A program made the translations under genes and the position numbers. A stretch of 64,000 nt of DNA from Nitrospirota bacterium (GTDB taxonomy: Bacteria > Nitrospirota > UBA9217): contig CAVVUN010000001.1 of assembly GCA_963751455.1 (NCBI GenBank), positions 64,001-128,000 on the forward strand. Direction: 5' to 3'. Positions 1 through 11,354 of this stretch are shown here, one piece after another. Under the pieces are notes generated by a model that had not been told where the DNA came from, searched no databases, and saw nothing but the letters and a program-made list of their open reading frames with translations. Numbering within the stretch: the stretch's first letter is position 1; the number at the start of each line of letters is the position of its first letter.

Positions 1-966
1 CGGCAAGCTGCATGCAGGTGTCAGATCGCACTTATTGCATTCAAGTTCGATCGTACTGTGCGCAATTTTGAACTTTTCATGCAAGAGCGTCCTGATCCGG
101 TCGAGTATATCCCTGCTGCGACTGACCAGCTGGTCCTCAATCAGGACGTGAGCGCTCATTGCATTAACCCCGGAGGTAATTGTCCAGATATGGATATGAT
201 AGGCTTCCCGGACGCCTTCGATCTTCTCTATTTCAGCAGCAACCGCTTCGAGATTGAGATGTGCGGGCACGGACTCGAGAAGTATGCTGACCGATTCTTT
301 TACGAGCGTCCATGCTCCATAGATGATGACGAGGGAAATCATCACGCTGAGCACGGGATCTATATAATTCCATCCTGTTTTGAGGATGATAATGCCGCCG
401 ATGACGACCCCGACCGAGGAAAGCGCGTCTCCGACAATATGGAGGTATGCTCCGCGAATATTCAGGTTGGCATGGCTATGCTTGGTCAAGAACGAAGCGC
501 GCCCGCGATATTTGCAATAAGACCGATTGCGGCAACGGCGAGCATAAGCACGCCTTTCACCGGTTCCGGGTTAATGAATCGGAGATAGGCCTCATACATG
601 ATATAGAGAGAAATCAGCACAAGAACGATGCCGTTCACGAATGCAGCGAGGATCTCGAGGCGGTAGAACCCGAACGTCCTTCTGTCCGTAGCCGGCATAG
701 AAGCGAATTTAAGCGCGAAAAAAGAGAGCACGAGCGCCAGATTGTCGGTGAGCATATGGCCGGCGTCTGAAAGCAGCGCCAGGCTGTTTGATAAAAAGCC
801 GCCGATTACTTCGACAACCATCATCAGCAGGGTAATCGACAATGCAATCAGCAGGTCCCGCTTCCCAGAGGGATGAGGACCCCAACTGGTGGCCATGCCC
901 GTGGTGATGCCCGTGATCATGGTCATCATGAACGTGATCGGCCTTATAAAACTCTATTGCAGACAT
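1..966 (-). CDS. czcD: CDF-family cation (Zn/Co/Cd) efflux transporter, frameshifted, 3' end runs off the window
   Basis: ORF 486..929 has SLALLSDAGHMLTD and RRTFGFYRLEILAAFVNG. The His-rich N-terminus MSAIEFYKADHVHDDHDHGHHH starts at ATG 966 in another frame, and the C-terminal half continues below 486 after a second shift. Confidence 0.88.
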
Positions 967-977
967 GTTCAGTTTTC

Positions 978-1809
978 CTATTTTCTCTCCCAGATCCGGA
1001 GCTCGGTGACGGGCCTGGATGTACCGATTTCCGAAGCATACTTGTAATAGGCGAGCAGACCTTTTTTCTCCTCTATTCCGAATCCGTAACTCAAAGAACT
1101 CCAGTAATAGAAAAGCGGCATAGCACAGGCAGACCGAAACGTTGCGCCTGCTCATTAGCAATTTTTTTAAGGTTCAGCCAGGCCGTATGCCTTCGATTCT
1201 ATTAGTATATCATATAGCACGCCGAGATCGTAATCAATATCTTTTTTATAATGTACCTGCCAAAGGGCGAACACAAAAGGCAAACCGGTAAATTCATGCC
1301 AGAGAACACCAAGATCATAGAGATGGGGATGGGTGTGGCGTCTTTTCTCTTTTTCAGTCCGAGGTCGCCTATGAAGAGCGCTGCATCGGCTTCGGGAAAC
1401 GGTTCCTCTCTTCCCTGGTCGAACTCTCTGAAATGCGAGATGAACGCCGTAACGGGGATTTCGAGCAGTATCCTGAGCAGAAGAACCGACGTGGCGGATG
1501 CGCTTGGTAAGCGCTATAGTCTTCCCGCCGAGTTCCTCGATAGGAACGGTACTTTGAAGGATAATGCTTCTTCACCTTGTCCCGGGACGTTATGGAGAGG
1601 TCTGGGAAGCAAAATATACCGCTGGGCTGTTTTTGGCATATTCAATGGAGGATGACGGAGAAACGTCGATTGCGCCCTCGGACAACAGTCGGTTCAACTC
1701 CGTCGGGATGCCTTCCACAATCCTGAAAGGGAATCTGTGTCTTGCCGGTGATGATACCCGCATGGGGAGGAAAACAATTCGAATACGTGATATGGCCTAG
1801 GGTGAACAT
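978..1809 (-). CDS. mqnA: Chorismate dehydratase MqnA (futalosine menaquinone pathway), multiply frameshifted and missed by the ORF track
   Basis: Manual translation across frames gives MFTLGHITYSNCFPP, EGIPTELNRLLSEGAIDVSPSSSIEY, DAALFIGDL and YDLGVLWHEFTGLPFVFALW, all characteristic of MqnA. ATG at 1809, TAG at 978. Confidence 0.85.
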
Positions 1810-1819
1810 GGATACTATG

Positions 1820-4800
1820 TTAATCGCGAAGCAGAAGATCGAAAATCAAAAAGAATGTTGCTTTTTTCTTCTGCTTCGAAACTATGCCGCCTTTCGCTTC
1901 TTCTTTAAAAAAGTTCTCCAGATCATCGACCAGCGTGTATACAACAGGAATGACAACAAGCGTCAGCAGCGTCGATGTGATCAGGCCGCCGATCACCGCA
2001 ATGGCCATCGGTGCCCGTGTTTCAGCGCCCTCCCCCAGCTTCAGCGCCGTCGGGAGCATGCCGAAGACCATAGCGGCCGTTGTCATGACGATCGGTCGGA
2101 GCCTGGACAGGCCCCGCCTCGAGAAGCGCCTCTTCACGCGACATACCGGTGCCTCAGCGTAATAGTATAATCAAATCAGCAATATTGCGTTCTTGGTAAC
2201 GAGCCCCATAAGCATGATGATGCCGATAAGGCTGAAAATACTAACCCGTTCCCCGGTAAGCAGCAGCAGGCCCATTGCGCCTATCCAGCTCACCCGGCAA
2301 AGAGAACATGATGGTAAAGGGATGGGCGAAGCTTTCGAACTGCGATGCCAGGATCATGTAGACCATGATGACGGCGATGATCAGTGCAAATGCGATGTTC
2401 TTGAATGAATCGATCATCGCATCCGCCATACCGACATACTTTGTAGTCAATTCCGGGGTCAGATGTTTCTTTGACGATCTTGATCGAGGTCCTTCATTGC
2501 TTCAGCCATCGGTTTTGTCTTCTCGGTGGCGGCAAACAGCGTAGCAGCGCGCTGCCGATTATAATGCATGATGACGGTGGGACCCTTTCCGGTCTCAATG
2601 GACGTGACGTCTTTTTGAGACGGACCAGCTTGCTCCGTCGTGGAACGCAGCAAAAGTGAATCGATGTCTTCAGGATGGTCCCGTTCCGATGGTATCAGAG
2701 CGGGCGGCAATATCGTAACACTCGCCGGCCTTCTGGTCCTTGTATTTGCCAACTATTTCTCCGCCGATCGGCGTATTGACCGTGCCGCCGATCGAAGCTG
2801 CACTTAAAGATTTCTCGCCATGTCCCGGTTTATGCCGATACGAACTTCCGGCTTGCCGCTTTCTATCGAAGTATCGACGTCCACCACGCCGGGCACTTTC
2901 GCATATTCCTCTTTGATGGCGAGCGTGCGTGTGTTCACCTCTTCAAGGTCCCTGCCTTGGATCAATAACTGGATTGGCACCGGCGCGGAATCCCGCCGCC
3001 TACCATGCCTATGAGCTCAACGGACGGTTTTAGCTCGGGACCGCCCGACAAGAGGAATCACGAACCTGCTTCATAGAATCCAGCTGTATGAGGTTTCGTT
3101 CATGACGCTCTTTCATGTTGACGTAAATTTTGCTTTTATTCACATCAGGTCCCAAAATCGGAGCCGGTAACGTAGAAAGTGCTCGTGACCTCAGGCCGTT
3201 CACGGAGCTGTTCATCGATTTTTTTCATTATGCTGTCAGCCCTGCCTAGAGAATAATCAATCGGGGTTTCCAGGCGGACGAGGAACCTTCCCTGGTCTTC
3301 AGCCAGCAGGAACTCCTTGCCGAGCAGCCCGAAAAGCATGACGCCCGCCACGACGCTCGCCACGGCTACTGCGATCACTTTCCACCGATTGTTCAAGGCG
3401 AAATGCCAGGAAGCGGACGGTATAGATCGTACATCTTCTCGAAGCCCTTCTCCAGGAACATATAGACTTTTCCGTGCTTGGGTGTATAGCTTAAAAAGCG
3501 GGACGTCAACATCGGCGTAAGAGTAAGTGATACGAATAGGGAGATGAGCACCGCGACCGTGACCGTAATGCCGAATTCAAAAAAGAATTTTCCAGACAAT
3601 ACCTTTCATAAAGGCAACCGGAACGAAAACGGCTACGATCGAAAAGGTAGTCGCCATGACGGCCAGACCGATCTCTGACGCCCCTTCTCTTGCGGCGATG
3701 CATCGGTGTTTCTCCTTCTTCCATTCTGCGGTAAATATTTTCGAGCACCACGATGGCATCATCGATGAGTATGCCGATTGAGAGCGACAGCCCGAGCATG
3801 GTCATGTTATTCAGCGTAAACCCGAATATCTGGATAAACGCAAAGGTCGCAATGACGGAGGTAGGCAGTGCTACCGCGCTGATCAGCGTACTTCTTACGC
3901 TCCGGAGAAAGACGAATATAATAAGAACAGCGAGAACTCCGCCCAGCCAGAGCGATACCTCAACGTCCTCGATCGAGCGCCGGATGAACTGCGACTGGTC
4001 GAACGTAATATCAAGATGAATGCCATTCGACGGTTTTATTGCTAGCAACGGCCGCTTTCACGCGTTCTGCCACGGCCACCGTGTTTTCGCCTGATTGGCG
4101 CTTAACCGAAAGTCCTACGGCAAGCTTTCCGTTAAAACGGGTGATCCGATCGTTCGTCTTCAAGGCCGTCTTCAGCATATCCGATATCCTTCAGTTTTAT
4201 AAGGCTTCCGTGCCGGTACGCAATTACAAGATCATTGAAGGCTTTCGGCGTTTCGTATTCACCTTGTTTTAACCACGATATTCAGTGCGGTTGTTTTCAA
4301 CCCGTCCGCCAGGCACCTCACGGTGTTCTTTTCCAAGGGCAAGTTTGATATCGTCAGCCGTCAGTGATGCCGCTGCGACATTTTTTTCAGGATGGATCCA
4401 GATGCGTACCTGGCGTGTCCGGCCGCCGCTCATAGTGACGGACCCGACTCCCGGGATTTTTTCGATATCACGCTTCAAAACCTTATCGGCATAATGCGTA
4501 AGAACTCTCGTATTGACCGGTCGCCCCAGACGGCGATCCAGACGATCGGCTGATCCGCGGGGCTTATCTTCTGATTACGGGAGGTTCATTATTGTTCGGC
4601 AAACGGTTTCTGACCGCAGCCACTTTGTCGCGAACATCCTGTGCTGCCTGTTCAGAGGTCCCGTTCCAGGTGAAACTCAACGGTCACAATAGACTGTTCT
4701 TCCATGCTCCGGGAGGTAATGGATTTGACGCCGTTGATGGTGTTTACGGCTTCTTCAATTACATCGGTGACGTCAATCTTCCATGATTTCCGGACTGGCG

Positions 4801-4958
4801 CCGATCAGTTTGGTCGAGATGTTTACGACCGGAAAATCAATTTTGGGGAACAAGTCGAGCGCCAGCTTCGGCAGGGCAATGAGGCCGAATACGATCGACG
4901 CCACGCTTATCATCGTGATGAAAACAGGCCTTTTTATGGATATTTCAGGAAGACGCAT
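1820..4958 (-). CDS. RND efflux permease (AcrB/AcrD/AcrF family), split into more than 10 fragments by frameshifts
   Basis: Colinear fragments: [86 protein letters not shown]. Confidence 0.9.
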
Positions 4959-5032
4959 AGTTTAACCTCACTAAATAATTCAGTACAAAAACGAAGGACG
5001 GTAAGACCATCCATTATTGCATCCCTTATCTT

Positions 5033-6321
5033 TTATATTCCGTTTCCAAGTATTCCAATGCTCTTCTTGAGCCGCAGAATCTCAAGTTGCTTCTCATAGG
5101 TCGCGTTTATCAGTTCCAGTTCCGTCCGTAACAACGCCTGTTCAGCGTCGATCACCGACAGACTCGTCAGCAATCCCTCGGAGTAAAGTCCTTCTACGGC
5201 GTTGTAGTTGTCGCGCGCGAAACCAAACTGCGATGTAGCCGTTTCAAGGACGGAAATTCACAGTCTCCAGACTGACATACGAGTCGTACACTTCGTTCTC
5301 GATCGACCGTTTCAACAAGGCCGTTGACAGTTCAGCCTGCCGAGCTTTCGAACGAGCCTCTGATGTCTCCGACTTCGAGAGACCTCCTTCGAAAATAGGC
5401 ACCTGCAATCGAAGCGCTCCGTAGTAAATAGTGCCCTTGATGATAGTCTCAGGGTGTGATCTCTGATACTGCAAGGCGGCTTCTGCTGCGAGCTGGGGAC
5501 GATGCGCACCGGCGACGATTATCACGTTTTCCTTCGCAATTTTCACGTTTTGGCTTGCAGTCGCGTAATCCGGACGGGTAGCCAGTGCTTTCTCCTTTAA
5601 TTGGTCCAGGCCGCCCTGGGGTATCTCGACCGCCTCCGGTTCGGCAAGTTTCGCATCCGGGGGCACGTTTGCCGCGAGCTTCAAGCGCTCCCGGTCTTTC
5701 TTGAGCGCTTCCTCCGCTCGTACGATATGATCCGGGCCTGGCTGACCAAAGTTTTGGCCCTGAACAGCGCGGAGAGGTTGGCCTTCGTTTTCCGGGTGGC
5801 TGCCTCGCGCTCAGTCACTTTCTTATGTCTTTCAGTTCGTTCCAGAGACTTCGTGCTGGCATCAACCAGTTTCTGAGATTTCATAACGGCGTAATATGCT
5901 TCCGCCACATTGAGCAGAATGTCCTGTTTGGCTGCGTCAAGAGCGCTCGTGCTGGATTCGCCAAGTGTTTTTGCAATCCGAAGCGCCGACATGGTCCTTC
6001 CGCCGGTATAGAGAGGCTGCCTCAGAACAAGCGCTGCCTGGAACTGGTTCAGCGGCTGGAAAGTAAATGTGTCGTCGCCGGCCGGAAGCTTTTCGTTATA
6101 GCGAGTAACACCGGATTGCGCGATGATGACGGGTACACATGACCCCATGCCTGGTCCAAGAGCGTTTGCGACTGGATCACATTCTCTTCAGCTATCTTTA
6201 CAATTTCATGTGTCCCGAGAGCTGAGACATATGCATCCTGAAGGGTATAGACCTTATCCGCTGCCTGAACGGGAGAAACGAGTCCGATCACCGTGATAAG
6301 CACTGCCGTTGCGAGTATCAT
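5033..6321 (-). CDS. TolC-family outer membrane efflux protein, frameshifted
   Basis: Fragments 6049..6321 (signal peptide), 5681..6148 (LRQPLYTGG) and 5244..5684 (LQVPIFEGG), with the C-terminus ending at TAA 5033. Lies between TetR and the RND gene. Confidence 0.85.
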
Positions 6322-6322
6322 T

Positions 6323-7030
6323 TCATACCGTAGAAATCCTTTTTTGATTTATTTTGCCGGCCTTCCGCATCTCGTCTTTCGATGCAAGCCCGTAAAAAAA
6401 CAGCTTCGTAACAAAGGCGCCGAATTTTTTCGGCGATAAATTGACGCTTTTCCCGTGAACGTGCTCCGCCATGGGCTGCAATATAAAATTATGTATAATA
6501 ACGCCGATCAGGGAAGAAACAGCCAGCGCAGGCTCGAATTTCGTCAATTCGCCGTTTCGCATGCCTTCCTTGAATATGGCTGCAAGCTGCGCGTAATTAT
6601 CAGCGAAGTACTTTTCACAGATCCATGAACAGTTCCCGCCGTTTCCCGCGAACTCCATCGCCATGATCCTGCGCAGGTCTTTATTCACCTGCTGAAACCG
6701 GATGAAACCCTCGACGTATTTTTCTATCTTTTTTCGTACAGGAGCACCGGACTTGAATACCGGGTCTTCCCAAATGGTGGTGAGCGCCGAAAAGGAGTCG
6801 GACAGGACTGAACGGTAAAGGTCATCCTTGTCCTTAAAATGGTAATAGATCATCGCATTATTTACGTTGGCAGCTTCGGACACCTGACGAACTGAAGTTC
6901 CATCGATGCCATGCCTGGCAAAGACCGTTCGGGCTGCGGCCAGAATGGCCGCCCGTGTATTGCCGTCCGGCTGGTCCGCCTTGGGTCGGCGTCCGGCTGT
7001 ACGTTTATGAGATTTAGCTTCCGGATTCAT
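6323..7030 (-). CDS. TetR/AcrR family transcriptional regulator
   Basis: N-terminal HTH ILAAARTVFARHGIDGTSVRQVSEAANVNNAMIYYHFKDKDDLY. Confidence 0.95.
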   Translation of the reverse strand: MNPEAKSHKRTAGRRPKADQPDGNTRAAILAAARTVFARHGIDGTSVRQVSEAANVNNAMIYYHFKDKDDLYRSVLSDSFSALTTIWEDPVFKSGAPVRKKIEKYVEGFIRFQQVNKDLRRIMAMEFAGNGGNCSWICEKYFADNYAQLAAIFKEGMRNGELTKFEPALAVSSLIGVIIHNFILQPMAEHVHGKSVNLSPKKFGAFVTKLFFYGLASKDEMRKAGKINQKRISTV

Positions 7031-7053
7031 ATGTGGATTTTCACAGTGATTAT

Positions 7054-7073
7054 TTAACTAAACGGTTAATTAA
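7054..7073. promoter_or_regulatory. Candidate TetR operator (imperfect palindrome TTAACTAAACGGTTAATTAA)
   Basis: AT-rich dyad 24 bp upstream of the tetR start, a typical autoregulatory position. Confidence 0.6.
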
Positions 7074-7174
7074 TTAGAAGCGTACTTTACATCAAGTAAG
7101 GGGGCGGTGTCAAGAAATTTGATTGATTGGATGCTTAGCGGAATATCGTTCGGCAGGGTTCTTCAGAAGTTGTC

Positions 7175-7576
7175 CTATTGTCGTGCAAGTTCGTCAAACG
7201 TGGTTTTCTTCAGAATATCGCTCACCTTCGTCTGCACATTCAACCATACGGAACTCACAGGACACTGCTTGGAGAAGTTGCACTTCTTTTTGTCCATCAG
7301 GCACAGGTTCACATGCATCTTCCCTTCGATTGCTTCGAGTACATCAAGAAGGGATATGTCCCGTGCCTGCTTCGCCAGGGAAAAACCACCCTTCACACCT
7401 CTGTAAGAACGTACAATCCTCGCTTTGACCAGCTTCTGGAGTATTTTGGCGAGAAAGCTTCTGGGAATTTTATATTCTTCGGAGATTTCGTTCACAAAGC
7501 TGATTTTTTTAAAGGGCTGCCGGGAGAGATACAGGATACTTCGAATCCCGTAATCTCCTTCTCGTGTAATTTGCAT
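7175..7576 (-). CDS. Rrf2 family transcriptional regulator with three C-terminal Cys (possible Fe-S)
   Basis: MQITREGDYGIR..IPRSFLAKILQKL..SYRGVKGGFSLA..ISLLDVLEAIEG..CLMDKKKCNFSKQC. Confidence 0.95.
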   Translation of the reverse strand: MQITREGDYGIRSILYLSRQPFKKISFVNEISEEYKIPRSFLAKILQKLVKARIVRSYRGVKGGFSLAKQARDISLLDVLEAIEGKMHVNLCLMDKKKCNFSKQCPVSSVWLNVQTKVSDILKKTTFDELARQ

Positions 7577-7699
7577 GGTACCTACTATATCAAACCTTTC
7601 ATGCTTGTCAAGAAAAAGAACTAGATTTTTTACGCAGTCGACAGCAGGTGGAAATCTGGTATACCATTATGATATAATAATGAAAATTTAGGAGAAAAT

Positions 7700-8420
7700 A
7701 TGCAGATAGCGTTGTTGTTTCTCATTTCTCTTTTCGGATTAACAGGTTTTGCATGCAATTCGGAGAACGGCTTAATCACCGGCACTCGTGTTCCCGGCCG
7801 CTGAAGGCATTCAGGTCCATGCTTTCGTTAACGGTAAGCAAATCACCACCGCGGATGCGAATGCTCATGATGGAAGATTCATCATGACCGTGCCTTCCGG
7901 GATATATGAGGTCAGGCTGTCGGTTCCGAATGCTGCGTTTCCCGTAGTATTCAAGGATATTTCCGTACAGTCCGGAAAAACCACGGACTTGTCAAACATA
8001 CAGACAGGTACCCCGGTCTCCGGCAGCGGGGATTTGCCCGGTTCTACCGCTCCTTCACAGTATTTCTATGCTTCTCCGATAGAAGGAGTGGATTGGGCAT
8101 CCGGAAAAATCCGGGTGACAGGAACAGGCTTGCCGCCTGCGGATGCTTCCAATCCTTCTATTAGCCGGGAAGCTGCGCGACGCGCCGCACTTGCCGATGC
8201 TCAAAGAAAAATGGTCAAAGCAATCTCCCAGATAAAAGTGGGTCCCAACAAGAGCCTGAAATCAAAACTTGGACAACATAAATTTACCGAGAAAATAGAG
8301 GGATTCATCCGCGGTTATGCGATTACGGACGAACGTGAACTGGATGGCGGCAAAATCGAAGTGGATATGGAACTCCCTTTGACCGGTCAAAACGGTTTAT
8401 CACGCTACTTGGGTGAATAA
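7700..8420 (+). CDS. Putative lipoprotein (Ig-like/carboxypeptidase-regulatory-like N-domain plus LPP20-like C-domain), frameshift near 5' end
   Basis: AGGAG + ATG at 7700 gives MQIALLFLISLFGLTGFAC (lipobox-like), out of frame with ORF 7788..8420. The C-terminal VDWASGKIRVTGTG..ARRAALADAQRK is LPP20-like. Confidence 0.6.
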
Positions 8421-8429
8421 GTTTAATGG

Positions 8430-8984
8430 GTGGAACTAACGATGGGCGCTCTTCGAAGTCCGATACCGGCAAAACTTTTCATAGGCATACTCTCCGCCGA
8501 AGATCTTTTTCAGGAATGCGAAACTTTGCTGAAGCGGGAATACGGAGCGACCGATTATGAAACCGCAATTCTGACCTGGGACGGCACCAACTATTACCGT
8601 GAAGAGATGGGCAGCGGCATAAAGAGGAAATTTATTTTTTTTAAAGAACTGATCGACCCCGGTACACTGAGCGAAATCAAGATATTCACAAATATTCTCG
8701 AGGCGCGCTTCGCGGGCGCTGCATCGAACGGTTCACGCCGCAGGCTCAATCTCGACCCGGGCTATGTCACGGAAGCCAAGGTGGTCCTTGCAACAACCAA
8801 GGATTTTCCCCACCGGGTATACATCGGAAAAAGTATTTACGCAGAGGCAACCCTTCGCTACAGCAGCAGGGAAAAAACGTTTATGTCATTCGACCATACG
8901 TATCCTGATTACCGTACCGAAACGTACCGGGGATTTTTTAATGAGGCGCGGGACCTGCTGCGGAAAAGATTGAATCAAGGCTGA
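8430..8984 (+). CDS. DUF4416 family protein
   Basis: YYREEMG, RRLNLDPGYV, VLATTKDFPHRVYIGKSIYAE and TYPDY motifs. Confidence 0.9.
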   Translation: MELTMGALRSPIPAKLFIGILSAEDLFQECETLLKREYGATDYETAILTWDGTNYYREEMGSGIKRKFIFFKELIDPGTLSEIKIFTNILEARFAGAASNGSRRRLNLDPGYVTEAKVVLATTKDFPHRVYIGKSIYAEATLRYSSREKTFMSFDHTYPDYRTETYRGFFNEARDLLRKRLNQG

Positions 8985-9003
8985 ACCGGGCGAAGTTTGT
9001 CTT

Positions 9004-9546
9004 TCAAGCGTTTGATGAATCTGCCGAGGCTTGTGCTTTTTTGTCTTCGGATAAAGCAGGGAAAAAATCCTTTGCCGAACTCAGCGAATCGGGAATAATA
9101 AATTCCTGCACGTTCAAATGAATCCCGTCAAAGGGCTGAATTTCCTTCTCTACAAAACTGGCCCTGATATTCGGCCACTTCTGAAAATCCTTTACTGACT
9201 GCCGTATCTGCTCGTGGATCATCGTCTCGATGGTTTCGAAGCTTACTCTTCCTGCCCTTAAAAAAAAATAGCCTGTCGGGAAAATTGAATGTTTTCTTCT
9301 CACCTCAAGAGCGCTCAAAAGTTCATTCTCACTGATAACCCCGTCTTCAACAAGCAGGTCTCCGATCGCTCTCGAATAAGGGGAAAAGGCCTGCAGTATG
9401 CGGCCCCTGTGAAATATAATGCTTCCTATATTATTGCCGGACTCGAGCACGAGTTCTCCGGTTTTTGCCTTCAATCCGATAAGCAGAAAAATATCGAGTA
9501 AATCAAAATCGGTAGATTCGAAGTTCATAGCCAACGATTTAACCAC
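9004..9546 (-). CDS. DUF4388 (PatA_N-like) domain protein
   Basis: FDLLDIFLLIGLKAKTGELVL..GSIIFHRGRILQA..IGDLLVEDGVISENELLSAL. Confidence 0.8.
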   Translation of the reverse strand: MVKSLAMNFESTDFDLLDIFLLIGLKAKTGELVLESGNNIGSIIFHRGRILQAFSPYSRAIGDLLVEDGVISENELLSALEVRRKHSIFPTGYFFLRAGRVSFETIETMIHEQIRQSVKDFQKWPNIRASFVEKEIQPFDGIHLNVQEFIIPDSLSSAKDFFPALSEDKKAQASADSSNA

Positions 9547-9682
9547 AAATATCGGGCAAAGTCAAACCGGAAAAAGATAACGTCCGGTTGCTCTCAGCTT
9601 TTTGTTCGGGAAAATGAGATCGATAAAGAGATCGAGCGGAGAAATGGTTTTATAGACGGCATGAAGAATACAGTCATCAGTC

Positions 9683-10138
9683 CTAGCGCGTCCGTGAAAC
9701 GGTCACACCCCCGTCCGGGAGTGATTTCTGGTTACTGCAGTCAAGAGCTGCTTTTACGATGCGTCCGAGTTCCTTCGCTCTCACTGGCTTGTTTACATAT
9801 TCGAATACGCCAAGGCTGAGAGACTTAAGATACGTTTCCACCTCCCCGTATCCGGTCAACATGATAACGGGAACCGCAGGAAGGCTTTGCTTCAGCAGGA
9901 CCAGAAATTCCAGTCCATCCATTTCGGGCATGCGATAATCGGTAATAATGAGATCAACAGCGGCTCCGCTGCGGACTGCCGAAAGCGCTGACCGGGCATC
10001 AGGCTTGGCTATGACCATGTAGCCCATCCTGTTCAGTACCTCGCCGAGACATTTTAAATTTTCGGGTTCGTCATCTACTAAAAGCAATGTCTTCATTATA
10101 GTCACCCCCGTCATGTACGGTAATGCGCCTTTGATCAT
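9683..10138 (-). CDS. Single-domain response regulator (receiver); probable start at MKTLLLVDDE
   Basis: LLVDDE, DLIITDYRMPEMDG, VIMLTGYG and YVNKP receiver motifs. Confidence 0.95.
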   Translation of the reverse strand: MIKGALPYMTGVTIMKTLLLVDDEPENLKCLGEVLNRMGYMVIAKPDARSALSAVRSGAAVDLIITDYRMPEMDGLEFLVLLKQSLPAVPVIMLTGYGEVETYLKSLSLGVFEYVNKPVRAKELGRIVKAALDCSNQKSLPDGGVTVSRTR

Positions 10139-10188
10139 TAGCAGAGTACCTGGAAACCTCAGCAGTCAGCTCCTGTCTAAATAGATTG

Positions 10189-10204
10189 TGCAAGACCGGT
10201 GCCT
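10189..10204 (-). promoter_or_regulatory. Sigma-54 (-24/-12) promoter upstream of the response regulator
   Basis: Minus strand AGGCACCGGTCTTGCA matches TGGCAC-N5-TTGCA with the correct GG-N10-GC spacing. Confidence 0.7.
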
Positions 10205-10448
10205 CTTAACATCTCCTTTGAAAACAATGAATTGAGGCGAATAGGGTGACAGGATTTAGACGGTAAAATAAGGCAGGCTTTTGATTAATTCGTAATTTTA
10301 TGATTTTATTGGACAATTTGGAATCGGATTTCACACAGTCAACTGGTCTTCCGCCAAAGAACAAACAGTACGATCGATATGGAGGTAACCGCCGGATAAT
10401 TCCCAAAATGGATCGGAACAGAACCATGAAACAGGGATCTGTTCGTAT

Positions 10449-11234
10449 TTAAATTCTCCACGTGATTCCCACCAAGATTGAATAATCTGTCTCGGTTTTG
10501 TTCAATCCTGATTTGATACCCATATCTATATCCACGTTTTCCGACACGGAATAAATGAATCCCCCTAATATGAACGCAGGATGGGTGTCCGATGTCTTAT
10601 CCGGGTTCCGCTCCATGCCGATGTTTGCCACGAGGTTCAAGTCCTTTATCACTTCTACCTGCGACGCGAGCGAAATATGCCAGATGTCCTTTCTGTTCGC
10701 CTCGTTGTCGACATCAAGTTTGTACTCGTTTCGGACATATCCCACATTGAAATGGAACGCCCACGGCTCGGATTCCTTGGTAGTGATGAAGAATGCGCTG
10801 TAGGACATCTTTCCATTTCCCAATCCCTTCTCTTCATCGCCGGTCGGAAGGCTGAGACCGGGTTTCAGCGCCAGGGTCAAGCCCTCCTTTTCGTAAAAAA
10901 GGGCTTTAACTTCGATCGAAGCATCGCCTAATCCGCGCACCGCGGCAGTCTCCGCTTCCTTCGTTATGACTGAAACATAAGGAAGGCCGAATACAATATC
11001 GATAGAATCGGACAATCCGTATGACAAGAAGGGTATGGTTGGAGTTTCGTAACCTTTCTCCGTCACGCCGTTTTCTTTGTCATGAGCATATTCTCCGATG
11101 AATTCGAACTGTAGTTTTCCTTTGCCCTGTGTGCCCGTGTCGTCCGTAATGAGCGGATGGGCGCCAAATGACGTCCCCGCTGCCGAAGCCATTAAGACGA
11201 GCGACAATACCGTTGCTAAGACCCCCTTACGCAT
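10449..11234 (-). CDS. Putative outer-membrane beta-barrel transporter (MetA-degradation/YdiY-like barrel class)
   Basis: Signal peptide, AHPLITDDTGTQGKG, GLGDASI, LSLPTGDEEKGLGNG, and terminal strand VGITWRI. Confidence 0.75.
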   Translation of the reverse strand: MRKGVLATVLSLVLMASAAGTSFGAHPLITDDTGTQGKGKLQFEFIGEYAHDKENGVTEKGYETPTIPFLSYGLSDSIDIVFGLPYVSVITKEAETAAVRGLGDASIEVKALFYEKEGLTLALKPGLSLPTGDEEKGLGNGKMSYSAFFITTKESEPWAFHFNVGYVRNEYKLDVDNEANRKDIWHISLASQVEVIKDLNLVANIGMERNPDKTSDTHPAFILGGFIYSVSENVDIDMGIKSGLNKTETDYSILVGITWRI

Positions 11235-11354
11235 TCCTTACTCCTCCTTTTTGTGGAAACAATCCCTTAGCGTTCATACGCGAATTTATTCGCCTCATTT
11301 TTATAATGCCGTTCGAGACGATCCATTCCTCCGATCAACTTGCCCCGGTCTTCG

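Noticed and set aside
58-770. Plus-strand ORFs 58..588 and 447..770
   Set aside because: Antisense to the CDF transporter.
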